From Ginglymostoma cirratum (lineage: Eukaryota), in the NCBI GenBank assembly GCA_024137785.1, contig JAHRHZ010000209.1, forward strand, positions 1 through 59,082: a stretch of DNA of 59,082 bases. The letters run 5' to 3'. The translations under genes were made by a program, and so were the position numbers. The notes beneath the pieces are model-generated. The model saw only the letters and a program-made list of their open reading frames with translations, did no database searches and was not told the DNA's origin. Shown here in pieces: positions 1 through 12,809 of the stretch; positions within the stretch are counted from its first letter, which is position 1, and every line of letters starts with the position of its first letter.

Positions 1-257
1 CCCCCCTACCTACACTCACCTTTACTGGCTCCATCCCCGCCTCTTCGACTTCTCTGCCTCCTCTCCACCTATCCTCTCCTCTATCCATCTTCTATCCGCC
101 TCCCCCTCTCTCCCTATTTATTTCAGAACCCTCTTCCCCTCCCCCATTTCTGATGAAGGGTTTAGGCCCGAAACGTTGAGTTTTCCTGCTCCTATGATGC
201 TGCTTGACCTGCTGTGTTCATCCAGCCCCACGCTTGTTATCCCTGTGTCTGACCTAC

Positions 258-3200
258 CGAGTGAAACAATGAGAGGCTGTTGCAGACTGATGTGATCCAC
301 ACGGCAAGTGTAGGTGTCCCCACTGCCCCGCTCCATCCCGATATATTTCAGGATGTTAAATGTCCAGTCCGGTTCCACCACTAACTGCGATGAGTTCACC
401 TCGCCCCGAAACGGCCTCCCATTGATCAGGAAACTCAGCTCAATCCCGAACGGGTAGAATTTCTCTGCATAACAGTACAGGATGTCCGAATGTCCCAGGC
501 CACCGTTCCGCTCCACGTAGATGTGCACAGACGGTTTCTCTGTCGGAGAAAGTGATCGCAGCATTAATGGCCGGCCGTTTGGTCCATTTTTCCTGATATC
601 CCACAGGAACTGTGGTGTCCCTATGGAGTATGGGCCTCTCCCATTCTTCACCAACCGTGGGGGCAGTAGTGACAACCCTCCAACCACCTCCTCCATCAGA
701 CCAGCTGGGGGTAGGGCGGCACGGTGGCAATGCCTTGCGCTCTCAATGCTCTTGGGGGGACAGTGTAGAGGGAGCTTTACTCTGTATCTAACCCTGTGAT
801 GTCCCTGTCCTGGCAGTTTTTGATGGGGGGACAGTGTAGAGAGAGCTTTACTCTGTATCTAGCCCTGTGCTCTTCCTGTCCTGAGAGTGTTTGCTGGGGG
901 GACAGTGCAGAGGCAGCTTTACACTGTATCTAATCCCATGCTGTCCTTGCCCTGGGAGTGTTTGATGGGGGATGCGGAGAGTGTAGAGGGAGCTTTAATC
1001 TAACTTGGTGGTGTCCCTGTGCTTTTTGGGGGAAAATGTTGAGGAAACTTTACTCTGTATCTTCTCTGTAACAAAAAAGACCATGCAGATCTAGGATCTT
1101 GCTGTGCACTGGAGGTGTCCTGATGTCCAACGTACCCTCTGCCATCGACTCTAGACTCCAGACTCCAAGCCCACTGCCCCCGGCTAGGGGCAGATCATCC
1201 CTCCCTTTGTAGACCATATAGACCCATACATGTGCGAGACAAGGAGAAGGGAGCTGGGGTTGTGTGCGTGAAAATTATCAAAAGTGGCATGACGAAGAGA
1301 GAGCAGTCAAGAAAGAACACAGTATTCGCCAGCTTCATTAATCGAGGCTGTGGTGGGAATGAAATTAAAGAACGTTATAGAAACTGGGCAGATCTTTCAT
1401 GGTGGGGGGGAAGAGAAGGAGATGATTAGCTTTTTGAGTTCTTCCTGAGAGGGGCGCCGTAGGCGGAGGGGGGTCAGGTGTAAAAGATGGTAAGGGTGAC
1501 CCAGACAAGACAAAGGGAGAGCTCACGGCTGTCAAGGAGTGCTAGGGATGTAAAATGGGTGTTAATGGTCGAGGGCTTTGGTGAGGGTTGACCAGACACA
1601 GGTGAGGGAAGGGGGCACAGTAGAAAAACTGAAGATGCAGCAAAGTCAACACTGAGTTTTGAAGGAGGTAAGGTCCCCAAGCAGAACGTGAGGGATTGTC
1701 CCTCCAGCTTGTGTTGAGTTCCATCCAGACATTGGGGCTGTCTCAGGACAGAAACTCCCGCTGTCCAGGAGGTTGTTGGGTGGGTCATTCTTAGATACTG
1801 GTCCGGCCTCCACTAGACGATTGCTTCCAGTTTCTGGGGCACTCCACAGCCCAACGTCCTCCGCGCTTTAGGTGAACACATTAAAGGGAGAGCAATTCCT
1901 GGGAACAGTTCCTGGCACGAGGGGGAGGTCAGAGCAGGGAAGGCCAAAGAGGAGATCCCATTGAGGTCTTGCCAAGACACGAGGGTGTGGTGCAGTCTGG
2001 GGCGGAGTAAAGGGAGAGAAGCCGCTTCCCGTTGGTGGAAGCATTGAGAGCCAGGGAGGGGACAACATGAAGAGAAACATTTCCACACAGTGAGCGGTTG
2101 GGGTCTGGAACATGTTGTCCGAGACAGTGATGGGGGAGGCTTTTGAGGGGGAACTGGATGGTTATCAGAAAGAGGAGGATGTTGTCGTGTGGGGAGAAGG
2201 CAGGAGAGTGGGATTGGACGGGGGGCTCATCAGGAGATTCAGTGCGGAGAACACGAGCTGTCGTACGAAAGGGATGTCATGTGGATGCTGATGGGGGAGG
2301 CCTGGCGAATCTCAGCGTGTGCCCATTCTGTCTCACCCTGCACTGCTCGTCCTGCTCCCTGGGGAACCAGCGACTTACTCTTGGCGATGGCTGTGGAGTT
2401 TGTCAAGTGGATCATCTCCCTGGTTGTGCCCCTCAGCCGGGCTTGGAAACCACGTGCTCTCTCACGGTAATAATCCACCTCCTCCTGACCCAGCTCCTGG
2501 ATCCCGTCCGTCACTTGGCCATTGATAACGAACGTCTGTGCTCCGTAATCGTAGAACAGGAACGGGACGTAGTTTATGCTGAACATGTCCAGGATGTTCT
2601 CGGAATGTGGAGTGTGGACGTAGTACAGACTCTCTGTCACTGCGCTGACCTCTAGCCCGGAGAAAGGAATTAAAAAATAGGTGTCAGAGTTTACCATTCT
2701 CTGACACACTCACCCCCTTACACACTCACCTGTTCATATCCTCACACACTCACATTCACCCCCTTACACACATGTTCACACCCTTACAAGCCCAAATCCT
2801 TTCACACTCATTCTCACGTTTGCACACTTACACATGCATTCAAATGCTTACACACTCATGTTCGCACCCTTACATGCTGAAACCCTGTCACACTCATGTT
2901 CACACCCTTAGACACACACACCCTTACACACATTCAAATTCTCACACACACATACCTTTACACATTCAAACCCTTACACACTCAAATTCAAGTTCTTACA
3001 CACTCACACCTTTACAAACTCACATCTTTACACACATGCCTTACCCACTTACCTTCAAACTCATACACACTCACACCCTTACACACTCACATTCAATCTC
3101 TTATCCACTCACCCTTACATGCACTCACAATCTTACACACTAACACCCTTTACACACTTGTACCTTTACATACTCAAACTCTCACACTCACACCCTTCAC

Positions 3201-3679
3201 ACACTCACGTTCAAACTCTTACACCCTTACACACGCAAACTCTTACACACCCACACTGTTCCACAACCCATTCAAACACTTGCACACGTGCAGTTTAAAA
3301 TTGCAACTCTAACACATTCAGTCTTACGCTCACACATATTCTCTTACACACAGACTTTCACACTTACACACTGACATGTTTATGGACACACACTCCTACA
3401 CACTCGGTCTTACATTTGCACATTCTCTCACTCATATTCGCTCACTACCACATTCACACTCCATCTCACTCTCACGCTCAGATTCACACACACGTGCACT
3501 CACACCACAACATACTTGGCTATGGGCCAAGTGCGGGTGAATGGGATTGGAATAGATAGATGCTCGAGGACTGGCATGGACAGAATGGGCCGAAGGGCCT
3601 GTTAAAAACTCTGCGACTCACCAATCTGTGCCCTGACTGCCATCGCCAGGATGAGAAGGCAGATCCCGCAGAATTCCAT
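258..3679 (-). CDS. WA: Gene A: W-category-type MHC alpha chain (class II-like architecture, beta2m-like Ig domain); 3' end lies outside the window
   Basis: Exons: leader 3679-3622 (gcgccATGG; MEFCGICLLILAMAVRAQI, G|gtgagt); alpha1 2651-2379 (273 nt, EVSAVTESLYYVHT...FLFYDYGAQTF...TNSTAIAK); alpha2 C1-Ig 539-258 (282 nt, KPSVHIY...LYCYAEKFYPFGIELSFL...LVVEPDWTFNIL...YTCRVDHISL). All introns are phase-1 GT-AG. The TM exon would lie left of position 1. Confidence 0.85.
730..1060. repeat. ~70-bp satellite/minisatellite (acagtgtagagggagctttactctgtatctaaccc...)
   Basis: Four to five degenerate tandem units; the same family occurs at 45110 and 53820. Confidence 0.85.
2705..3510. repeat. Degenerate CA-rich low-complexity repeat
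   Basis: Repeated cacactcac/cccttacaca units in gene A intron 1. Confidence 0.8.
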
Positions 3680-4649
3680 GGCGCGTGAACGTGTGGGTCC
3701 CTCTCCTGCGCGCTCCCAGATGGTGCGATGGGAATCGGAGAGTCGCTCAGAGGCAGATCGATAGGGTTGAGCTTTACCTGACGCCGTGATTCAGCACTGT
3801 AACTGAATCTCAGCACCAACACACACACCCCGCCCGCTTTCACCCCCGCTGTCAGCTAGCTCATTTCACAATCCCGGATATTTTAATCCGACACTTGGCT
3901 CCCATCCAGACGGACAGGTTCTGTGGGAACGAAGCACGTTTCAAACCACTGGGGGAATTTTGCAAAGCATCAGCGTCAGAATAGGGAGGAGAGAGGGGGA
4001 TCTCAAAGATGCTGGGGGAGGGGAGGAGATCTAACTCAAGGGGAATCTGTGAGGGAGTAGAGAGGGAGAGACCCTTTCCCGTTGCTGGAAGCATCGAGAC
4101 TCAACAGGAGGGGGGTTGGGGCAGGCACGGACTGACGGGGACAGGGACAGGGGACGGTGAGGGGTCGGCATCTGCCTGAGGCTGCCCAGGAGAATGTGGG
4201 GCAGGGGGAGGCAGGTTCGATCCAGGCCCTCACAAGAGGAGGGGATAGGATCGTCCGCTGCCAGGCCGAATGGATGTCATCTGCTCTGGATGAGTGGCGG
4301 GATTCACTGGTGGAGAGTGAGAGAAAGGGGCCAGTTGGAGCAAGAATGCCAGGAGATCAGCCCATGGAAGGTCGGGGACATGCAGACCGAGGAGGGGGCA
4401 CGTGCGGGTGCGGAGTCCTTGGTCGAGTGAGGGGTGGGTGTGCAAAGTGTATCCAGGAGTGACTCTCCTGCCCTGAAAATGGGCTGATTGTTCACAACAA
4501 GGTGGAAGGTCAAGAGCTGTTGAAGAGAGAGCATCAGTGTGCCTGAGGAGGAGCGGTGGGTGGGGATTGTGATAGACGCACCTGCATCTCAGGAATGTGG
4601 ACCGAGCACTGCTCACTCCAGGCAGTCTCACTCAGAGAACGCGTTTGAG
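3680..4649. promoter_or_regulatory. Putative bidirectional promoter / 5'UTR interval of pair A/B
   Basis: About 970 bp between divergent ATGs; unique sequence with a GC box (ccccgccc near 3827). Confidence 0.55.
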
Positions 4650-7600
4650 ATGACAGCTCTCTACCAGTGGGCACTGCTCACCGCTGTGGCTTGTGTCCTG
4701 GAGGTGGCGGGCAGCTCGACGGGTAAGTGGGGGGGGGTCTTGCGCGCCGGGGAGGGGGATGATGGGTAGTGAACCCTCCCTTATCTGAACCACCACCCCT
4801 CCCCCGCCTCGAGAGACAGGGAGGGTGGATTTAGAATGTGGAACAGCTCAGGAATGGGCCCTTCAGCCAACAATTTTGTGCCAAACATGATGTCATGAGC
4901 TAAATAGCGAAGTTCAGGGGTCAGGGGAGTCCAAAACTATAGGGGCAAAGGTTTAGGGTGAGAGGGGGAAAGGGACCTGAGGGGTAACTTTTTCACACAG
5001 AGGGTGGTGCATGTACGGAATGAGCTGCCAGAGGAGGTGGTGGAGGCTGGTACAATTACAACATTTAAAAGGCATCTGGATGGGGGCATGTATAGGACGG
5101 GTTTACAGGGTTATGGGCCAAATGCTGGCAAATAGGACTGGATTAGTTTACGATATCTGGTTCGGCACGGACGAGTTGTACCGAAAGATCTGTCTCTATG
5201 CTGTACAATGCTACAACTCTCTGAATTAAACTAATCCTTTCTGCCAGCCCTTGGTCCATATCCCTTCATTCCTTGCATATTCATGTGTTTATCTAAAAGT
5301 CTCTTAAACGTCCCTATCGTATCTGCCTCCTACACCACTCGTGGCAGTGCATTCCAGACACCTACCACTCTGTGTAAAAAAAATACTTGCCCCTCACTTT
5401 GCCATTGAACTTGCCCCCTCACCTTAAATTCATTCCTCCCCCCACCCCACCCAGTATTCGACATTTCAATCTGGGGAAAGGATTCTGACTGTCAACCTGA
5501 TCTATCAAGTCTCTCCTCAGCCTCCACTGCTCCAGAGAAAACAACCTGAGTTTTTCTAGAGCCTCCTTAAAGCTCATACCCTCTAATCCCGGCAGCATTC
5601 CGGCAAACTTCTTCTGTACTCTCTCTTGTTTGTCAATGTGACGTTGGCCAGCGATTGTGCCCAGTTCAGCCCCACCCCCCGCCACTTTAATTCCAAGCTA
5701 TATCCCCCTCATCCAATAGGGTTGTTATTGTAGCCAGTGGACATTGCAGAGGGACAGAGGATAGAAGAATGGGGGAGGAGGGGAGTGGTTTGTGAGGCCA
5801 CTCTAGCTCTCCCTGCCATTCCATTTGACTCTGGCTAATGGTTCCTGTAGGAGGACATTCCCTCCCCTCCCTCCTCCTCTCTTCGATATCTCTCTTGATC
5901 TCAGAGATTGAGTTTTGGGGCCCCATATCTAAGCAAAGATAGTCCTACATTGGAGGCAGTCCAGAGAAAGTTCACTCAGCTGATCCCAGGGATGGAGGGA
6001 CTGCCCTGCAAGGAGAGGTTGAGTCAGCTGGGCCCGTACCTGTTGGAGTTTAGGAGAACAAGAGGCGACCTTATTGAAACAGAAAAGGGGGGACCTGACG
6101 GGAGATGTGGCGAGATCGTTTCCCCCCTTGTGTGGGAGAGTCTAGGACCAGAGGGGACATCATCTCAGAGTAAGGGGGTCGCCCATTGAAGACAGAGATG
6201 GGGAGCAATTTCTTTCCTCTGAGGGGTGTGAGTCTGTGGAATTCTTTACCACAGAGGGCTGTCGGGGCTGTGTTGTTCAGGGCTGATATTTTTAATCAGG
6301 AAGGGGAATCCAAGGGTTATATCTGAGGCTGAGATAGAGAGATGTTTAATCAGGAAGGGGGAATCGAGGGGTTACATATAATCATAGAATCCCTACAGTG
6401 TGGAAACAGGCCTATCGGCCCAACAGGTCCACACCGACCCTCAGAGCATCCCACCCAGACCCATTCCCCTATAAACCCACCTAATATACACACCGCTGAA
6501 CACTATAGGCAATTTAGCATGACCAATCCGCCTAGTTAGCACATCTTTGGGAGGAACCCGGAGGAAACCCACACAGACATGGGAAGAGTGTGCAAACTGC
6601 ACACAGACAGTCGCCCGAGAGTGGAATCGAACCCAGGTCCCTGGTGCTGTGAGGCAACAATGCTAACCACCATGCCGCCCAAATATTTGAGACTGAGAGA
6701 TTTTTAATCAGAAGGGGAATCAATGGTTATGGGGATAAAGGCAGGAAAGTGGAGTTGAGGAAGATCAGATAAAAGTGATGTAAGGTGTGTGATTTATTGA
6801 TGATTTAACATGATTAGTTTTAGAGTTTGAGTTTGAACGCATGGCACATCTGTTTATTGTGTGCCTGAATAGGTTGAATGATCAACTTGATTATCTGTAG
6901 CCATGGTGATTTAGAAAAAACAACACGAGAAAGACAGAGTTCCTGGTGTGTCATGGGGTTCGGTTTTCTCTGGGAGAGTTGGTGAGTGAGCAACATAAAC
7001 TGTGTACCTCTGAGTTTAGAAGATTCTGGAAATCATGTTTTATTTTTAAACACTGAAATCTTGAAGTAAGCAATTGCATTTCAGTTCAGGTAGTTTTGTA
7101 GGGTGAAGCTTGAGGTAGGGTAAAACAATCTCTCCTGAGAAAGGATGTTTCCAACCTTTTAGAAATAAGTTACCTCCATGAAACGAGATTATTTTGAGAG
7201 CTCCAGACCCGAAGTGTTTGGATAACGCCTTGAAGGGGCTCTTTGAAGCTCGGTTGTATGATGGCTGAAGGAAGGGACTATTGGGTTCCTGTGACCAGGG
7301 TATGAAACAAGAGCCAAGTCAAAACCCTTGTGAGATGCAAATTCTGTCAGGAATTTGAGTGTCATAATTAGGATCATATTTTATCGGGCGTTGCAAAATC
7401 TTGAAACGTGTAGACAGACAAATGGTTTGGATTTTCTCGGTTAATTTCATATCTGTTACATAATAAACTTCTGCTCTATTGCGCAAACCAAATCTACAAT
7501 TTATGTTTCAGCGGAAGACCAGTTTATTATAAACGTTAAAAAAAGGTCTATCAAGCCACATTTCAGCCTGGGATTGAAATAGCCACAAGGTCCCATTAAC

Positions 7601-10600
7601 TGCCAGAGCAGACACGAAGGGCCAGATGGCTGACTCCTGCTCCTACATCTTATGGTCTAATTTGCAAGGCAGGATGACAGGCAGAACCCCCCACCCCCAC
7701 ACCCAGTCCACTATGTTCCTCCTTTAATTAACCCCCAAGTACAACAATTGGTGACTCAGCTTCACGTAGTCAAGGCTGTGGCTCTGGGGAATGTCGACAT
7801 GACGATCTGCATTACAACAGCCAAGAGATGTCAACATTGGAAATGTTCAGCAAGCAGGGAGAACACATCCTCAGCAAATCCAGCTCCCTCCATCCCCCTC
7901 CCTATCTCTACCACCTCCTCCAGCCCCTACACCCCCCTCCCTATCTCTGTCACCTCATCCAGCCCCCTACAATCCCTCCCTATCTCTGNNNNNNNNNNGT
8001 CACCTCATCCAGCCCCCTACAATCCCTCCCTATCTCTGTCACCTCCTGCAGCTCCCTACACTCCCTGCCTCAGTTCTGACAGAGAGCAATTAGTCCCGAA
8101 CAGACCTGAAGCCATGACAACTCTAAGCGACCCTTCCCTGAGCTTATAACAATTAACCTCTGACAGATCGTCAATTGTGACTATTCGCAATTAGACACTA
8201 ACTGGCCCTGTGCTCTGATTAATTGTAAATAATCCTGAAGTGGTTCACAACGTTGGCCAGCAGCCTCAGACTATGAGTGACCCCAAGCTGTGAAACTGAT
8301 GACCGTCAGTATCTAACTGACCCCATTAAAGGCAATTTTCTTTAAACCCACCCGAAGTGGTGACTAAAAGCTCTTGCGCTCTAGCTGAACTGTCACTGAA
8401 GCAATTAGCCTCGAGCTGACCTTCTGCCAAGACAAATGCCAGTTAACCTCTGATGGGCAGTGGGTTGGCATAACCAGGCATCCAGCTTCTGAACGAGCCT
8501 CGGGCTCCCACAAATTGTCTCTGACTGACCCGGCCCACCTTCATTCCCGTGACCACCCGTTGTTGCGTTCCTTTGCCAGGTCTCCACATTCTGCACGTGC
8601 TGTGCGACTGCGTCTATCGGGAGCAGCAGACCGTCATATTGTGGGAGGATGCTTATGATGGTGCCACCATAATGTACTATGACCTGGCGAACAAGAGCTT
8701 CGTAGCAACACAGCCTTTCGCACAGGGACAGGCAGACAGACGCAATTCAAATGGAGACTTTGTTCAGTCCGTCCCTCAGCAGATTGGCAGTCTGTGTGAG
8801 AAAATTAAGCAAACGGCAAACTTAACACATGTCAGACAGCAGCAAATAGGTAGGACTTTTCTTTTTCTCTTTTTTTTAGAAAAAATCAGAGCAGTGACAC
8901 TTCCCAAAGCACAGAGCGAGGGGATTGGGCAATGAAAGACTGGGATGCCAGATCGGAGTGGGGAGGTTGTTTACAAGGAGACAGTAGCAACACACACTTC
9001 TCTGACCACCTTCAACATCCCCTCCCTCCACCATCGGCACCCCGCTGCGGCTGGGTTTATTAGAAATGCTCGGCTAAGCTCCAACACTCGCTGTCTCCAC
9101 CACCGATGCACAGTGGTGGCTGGGCTTATTAGGAATGCTGGACTGAGCTCCACATCTCTCTCTCTCCCTCCATCACCAATGCACCGAAGCAGTTGAGCTT
9201 ATTAAGAATGCTGGGCTGAGCTCCAACACTCCCTCTCTCTACCACTGATGCACAGAAGCAGCTGGGCTTACTAGGAATGCTCAGCTGAGCTCCACATCTC
9301 TCTCTCCCTCCATCATCGATGCACAGAAGTAGCTGGGCTTATTAGGAATGCTTGGCTGAGCTCCACATCTCTCTCTCCCTCCATCATCGATGCACAGAAG
9401 TAGCTGGGCTTATTAGGAATGCTTGGCTGAGCTCCACATCTCTCTCTCCCTCCACCACCAACGCACCGAAGGAGCTGGGCGTATTAGGAATGCTCAGCTG
9501 AGCTCCAACACTCCCTCCTTCCATAACCGAGGCACAGCGCCAGCTGGACTCATTAGGAATGGTCAGCTGAGCTCCAACACTGTACTGGGTCAAATTCCCT
9601 GACCCTAACCCTGTGACTAATGACAATTAACTTCTAACTGACCCTATCCCATAATTAATAGCAATCCTTGAACTGACCCAAAGTTGTAAGCAAAAGTAAT
9701 GGTCCTCTAACTGACCGGCTGCAGTGGGAAATGGACCCACAACAGCGCAGGCCGAGACTGCCTGTACGGGGGAGGGTTTGGAGATAGAGAAGGTTCCTGA
9801 GGACAGTGAAAGGGGAGGGAAGGGTGGATCTTCAGCTGTTTGGGCGTCACTTTGCAAAGGGCTGTAGTTTCTGACGACTCTAACCTCTGACCCCATGCCA
9901 CATCTGGGTCCACAGCCCCCACGTCCGTCAGAGCCTTTATGGAGGAGCGAGCCGGGCAGAGGTCGCTGCTGTGTGAGGTGAGGAATTTTTTCCCAGCGGA
10001 TGTTACAGTGAGCTGGCTGAGAGATGGCGTAGTCATCGCCGACAGTTCAGAGACGGTGAGGGTCGTGCCTCAGAGGGACCAGACATACCAGGCCTGGAGC
10101 CGTCACACGCTGAGGGGCGACGTGGGCGGTTCATATTTCTGCCAAGTGGAGCATCCGGCCCTCGCCAGGAAACTTCTTGTCCCGCTTGGTAAGATCTCAA
10201 GGAATGGCAGTCCCTGTCCTCCTTTTGCCCACACTGGGCCGAATCTCCGCACTAAACCCAAATATTTACATGCTCAACAAACACGCCATCGTGGGGCACG
10301 CAGGCATCACTGGGAAGGCCAGCATTTGCTGCCTGCCCCTTCCCCTCCCCTCACTCCACCGATTGCCCCTTCTCAGTGTCTCGGACCCTCGCTGCGGGTC
10401 TGGAGTCACATGTAGTAGCGGTTGGTACCTCCATCGCTAAAGATCCAGGAGGGATCTGGGGTCTTGAAGTTGGTCGGGGAGGCTTTTTTTCTTGTTAATT
10501 CATTGTGTTAAATTCCCACCCCCCCCATCCACCTGCCAGTGTGGGATTTGAACCTGTGACCCCCGCCTGGAGAGGGGTGGTGTGGGTGGGTTGGTGGGGG

Positions 10601-11961
10601 CAGGGGATCTGTGTCCCAGGGATATTCCCACGAGGGGTGTTGTGGGAAGTGGGAAGGGGAAATGTGCTGGGGGTGGGGGTTCCTGTGCGGGTGTCACAAA
10701 CACAAAGTAAATTCTGACCCCCCCCCCCCCACTCTCTCACTGCCTCCTTTCCTCAGAAAGTGACCAGACCATCACTAGTGAAGCAGCATTGACCATCATC
10801 GGGGCAGTGCTGGGCCTCCTGGGATTGAGCTTCGCACTGGTCGCTGCCATTCTCTACTGCCGCTTCTTCAACCGTAAGCAACGACGAGATGTTCCCTTGG
10901 GATACAGGAGCCCACAGACAGCAGTGGAGAGAAAGAGAGGGGAGAGAATGGGAGCGAGAGAGAGAATGGGGGAGAGAGAGAGAATGGGAGAGGGAGATGG
11001 GGAGAGATAGTGAAACAGACAGAGAGAGGGATGGAGAGAGATGGGGAGAAGGAGGGAGAGAGAAATGGGGAGAGGTCCGGAGAGAGACAGAGAGAGGGAG
11101 GAAGAGAGATGGGGAGAGGGAGAGAGAGAGAGACGGGGAGAGGGAGTGAGCGAGGCACTGGGAGTGGGGGCGGTGTGAGACCGAGAGAGGGCCCGCCCCC
11201 CCCTCCCCCCCCGATCGCCCAATGCGCCCCCTGGTTCGGGGGTTTGGTGGGGGGGGGGGGGTGGCGCTAGTGGTGGGACGTCAGTGAGGGCCTGAGCCTG
11301 GACTGAACCTGTTCCCTTTGTTTGTGCCGCAGGTTGTCCCCCGGCCCGTGCAGACCCCCCAGGTGAGAGAGACCGTCCCCTCCCCCCGGTCCGTATTCCG
11401 GGGGGGGATAGTGGGAGGGAATGTGCTGGAGATGACAGGGCAACAGTTCCAACGTTGTGGTTTCCCTCTCCCTTCCAGCAAAGTTCACCAGCCGCGGAGG
11501 AGTTCTGTGTCGCTCCAATGTGTGTAACAGCAGTGTCCGATCCAGCAGCTCTGACACTTCCAGCAGCAGCACCACGTCAGGTAACAGCGAGGCCGGGAAT
11601 CTGGGAATCATTCTCGGGAATCTCGGCACGTGACCCTTGGGAATCTGGGAGCGGGGTCCTCAGGAAACTGGGAATGCATCCCTTGGGGAATTTGGGAACC
11701 ACTCTGAACCTGGGATGGAGAGGGGAGAGGACAGTGGAGGAGGGCAGGGGAGGGAAGGAGAGAGGAGGAGATGGGGAGGGGCACGAGGGCAAAGGAGAGG
11801 ATGGGAAAGGGACGGGAGGGCAGAGGAGGGAATGCGGGGGTAGGGGAGGAGAAGGAGGAGGAGGGAGATAGCGAGCAAAGTGGGATTTTCCCAATGAGTG
11901 AAGCTGACCTCTTGCCTCTTTCCCCTTTACAGCTGACAATCTGACCAAAACACACGCCTGA
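4650..11961 (+). CDS. WB: Gene B: W-category-type MHC beta chain, divergent partner of gene A
   Basis: Exons: leader 4650-4722 (MTALYQWALLTAVACVLEVAGSST); beta1 8580-8849 (GLHILHVLCDC...EDAYDGATIMYYD...LCEKIK); beta2 C1-Ig 9916-10188 (LLCEVRNFFPADVTVSWLRDG...VVPQRDQTYQ...YFCQVEHPAL); TM 10757-10873 (LTIIGAVLGLLGLSFALVAAILYC); cytoplasmic exons 11333-11362, 11479-11580 and 11933-11961 (ADNLTKTHA*). All phase 1, followed by AATAAA at 12158. Confidence 0.87.
4915..6280. mobile_element. Cluster of CR1 3' fragments, both orientations, in gene B intron 1
   Basis: Translations include LERVQKKFAGMLPGLEG, LEAVQRKFTQLIPGMEG and RGDLIE. Confidence 0.75.
6380..6682 (-). mobile_element. HE1/V-SINE-type SINE
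   Basis: Same A/B boxes and V domain as the copy at 14405-14730. Confidence 0.75.
7880..8070. repeat. ~39-bp minisatellite
   Basis: ccctccctatctctgtcacctcatccagccccctac units; reverse complement of the 23830-24295 array. Confidence 0.8.
9010..9580. repeat. ~60-bp tandem repeat
   Basis: Repeated gctgggcttattaggaatgctyggctgagctccac...ccatcaccgatgcac units. Confidence 0.85.
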
Positions 11962-12157
11962 CCTCCCGGTTCTCACAAACGGATTTGATGGGGGCAGGAG
12001 TGGGAGTGTGGGGAGTGATGGCAGTAACCTGGGGTTGGGACTCGGGGTGTCCCTGTGTACACACATCATCCGTCGGGATCTCTGCAAAGCACCAGGGGAG
12101 AGCGTGAAGCGGGGAGACAGAGGATGGACTGTTTCACCAGCAGGACTACCAGCCTCA

Positions 12158-12163
12158 AATAAA
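12158..12163 (+). terminator. Putative polyadenylation signal of gene B
   Basis: AATAAA about 200 bp after the gene B stop codon (11959-11961). Confidence 0.55.
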
Positions 12164-12179
12164 ACCTCCCAAGAACCGC

Positions 12180-12412
12180 GTGTTACAGACGCTGTCTCTG
12201 TGTGTTACAGTCACCGTCTCCGTGTGTTACAGACACCGTCTCCGTGNNNNNNNNNNTTACAGACACCGTCTCTGTGTGTTACAGACACCGTCTCTGTGTG
12301 TTACAGGCACCGTCTCTGTGTGTTACAGACACCGTCTCTGTGTGTTATAGACACCGTCTCCGTGTGTTACAGACCCCGTCTCTATGTGTTATAGACACCA
12401 TCTCTGTGTATT
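12180..12412. repeat. 22-bp minisatellite
   Basis: (tgttacagacaccgtctctgtg)n. Confidence 0.9.
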
Positions 12413-12414
12413 AA

Positions 12415-12790
12415 GTCCTTGCCTATTTACCCTGTCTGTGCCCCTCATGATTTTATAAACCTCTATAAGGTCACCCCTCAGCCTCTGACGCTCCAGGGAA
12501 AATAGCCTGAGCCTATTCAGCCTTTCCCTGTAGCTGAAACCCTCCAACCCTGGCAACATTTTCACAATGTTGTCTGAGCCCTTTCAAGTTTCACAGCATC
12601 CTTCCTGTAGCAGGGAGACCGGGATTGAACGCAGTATTCCAAACGTGGCCTCACCAATACAGCCGCAACATGACCCTCCCAGCTCCTACACTCAATGCAC
12701 TGACCAATAAAGGCAAGCGTCCCAAACCCCTCCCTCACCGCCCTGTCAACCTGTGACTCCACTTTCAAGGTGAACTATGAACCTGCACCC
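12415..12790 (-). mobile_element. CR1 3' fragment
   Basis: LVRPRLEYCVQ...YRKDAVKLERAQ motif. Confidence 0.75.
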
Positions 12791-12809
12791 CAGGGTCTCT
12801 ATGTTGACG

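Noticed and set aside
3520-4094. ORFs 3520-3843 and 3861-4094, duplicated at 32155-32876, as conserved small proteins
   Set aside because: The identity reflects DNA-level duplication of the promoter. The real coding part is the 58-nt leader exon in another frame.
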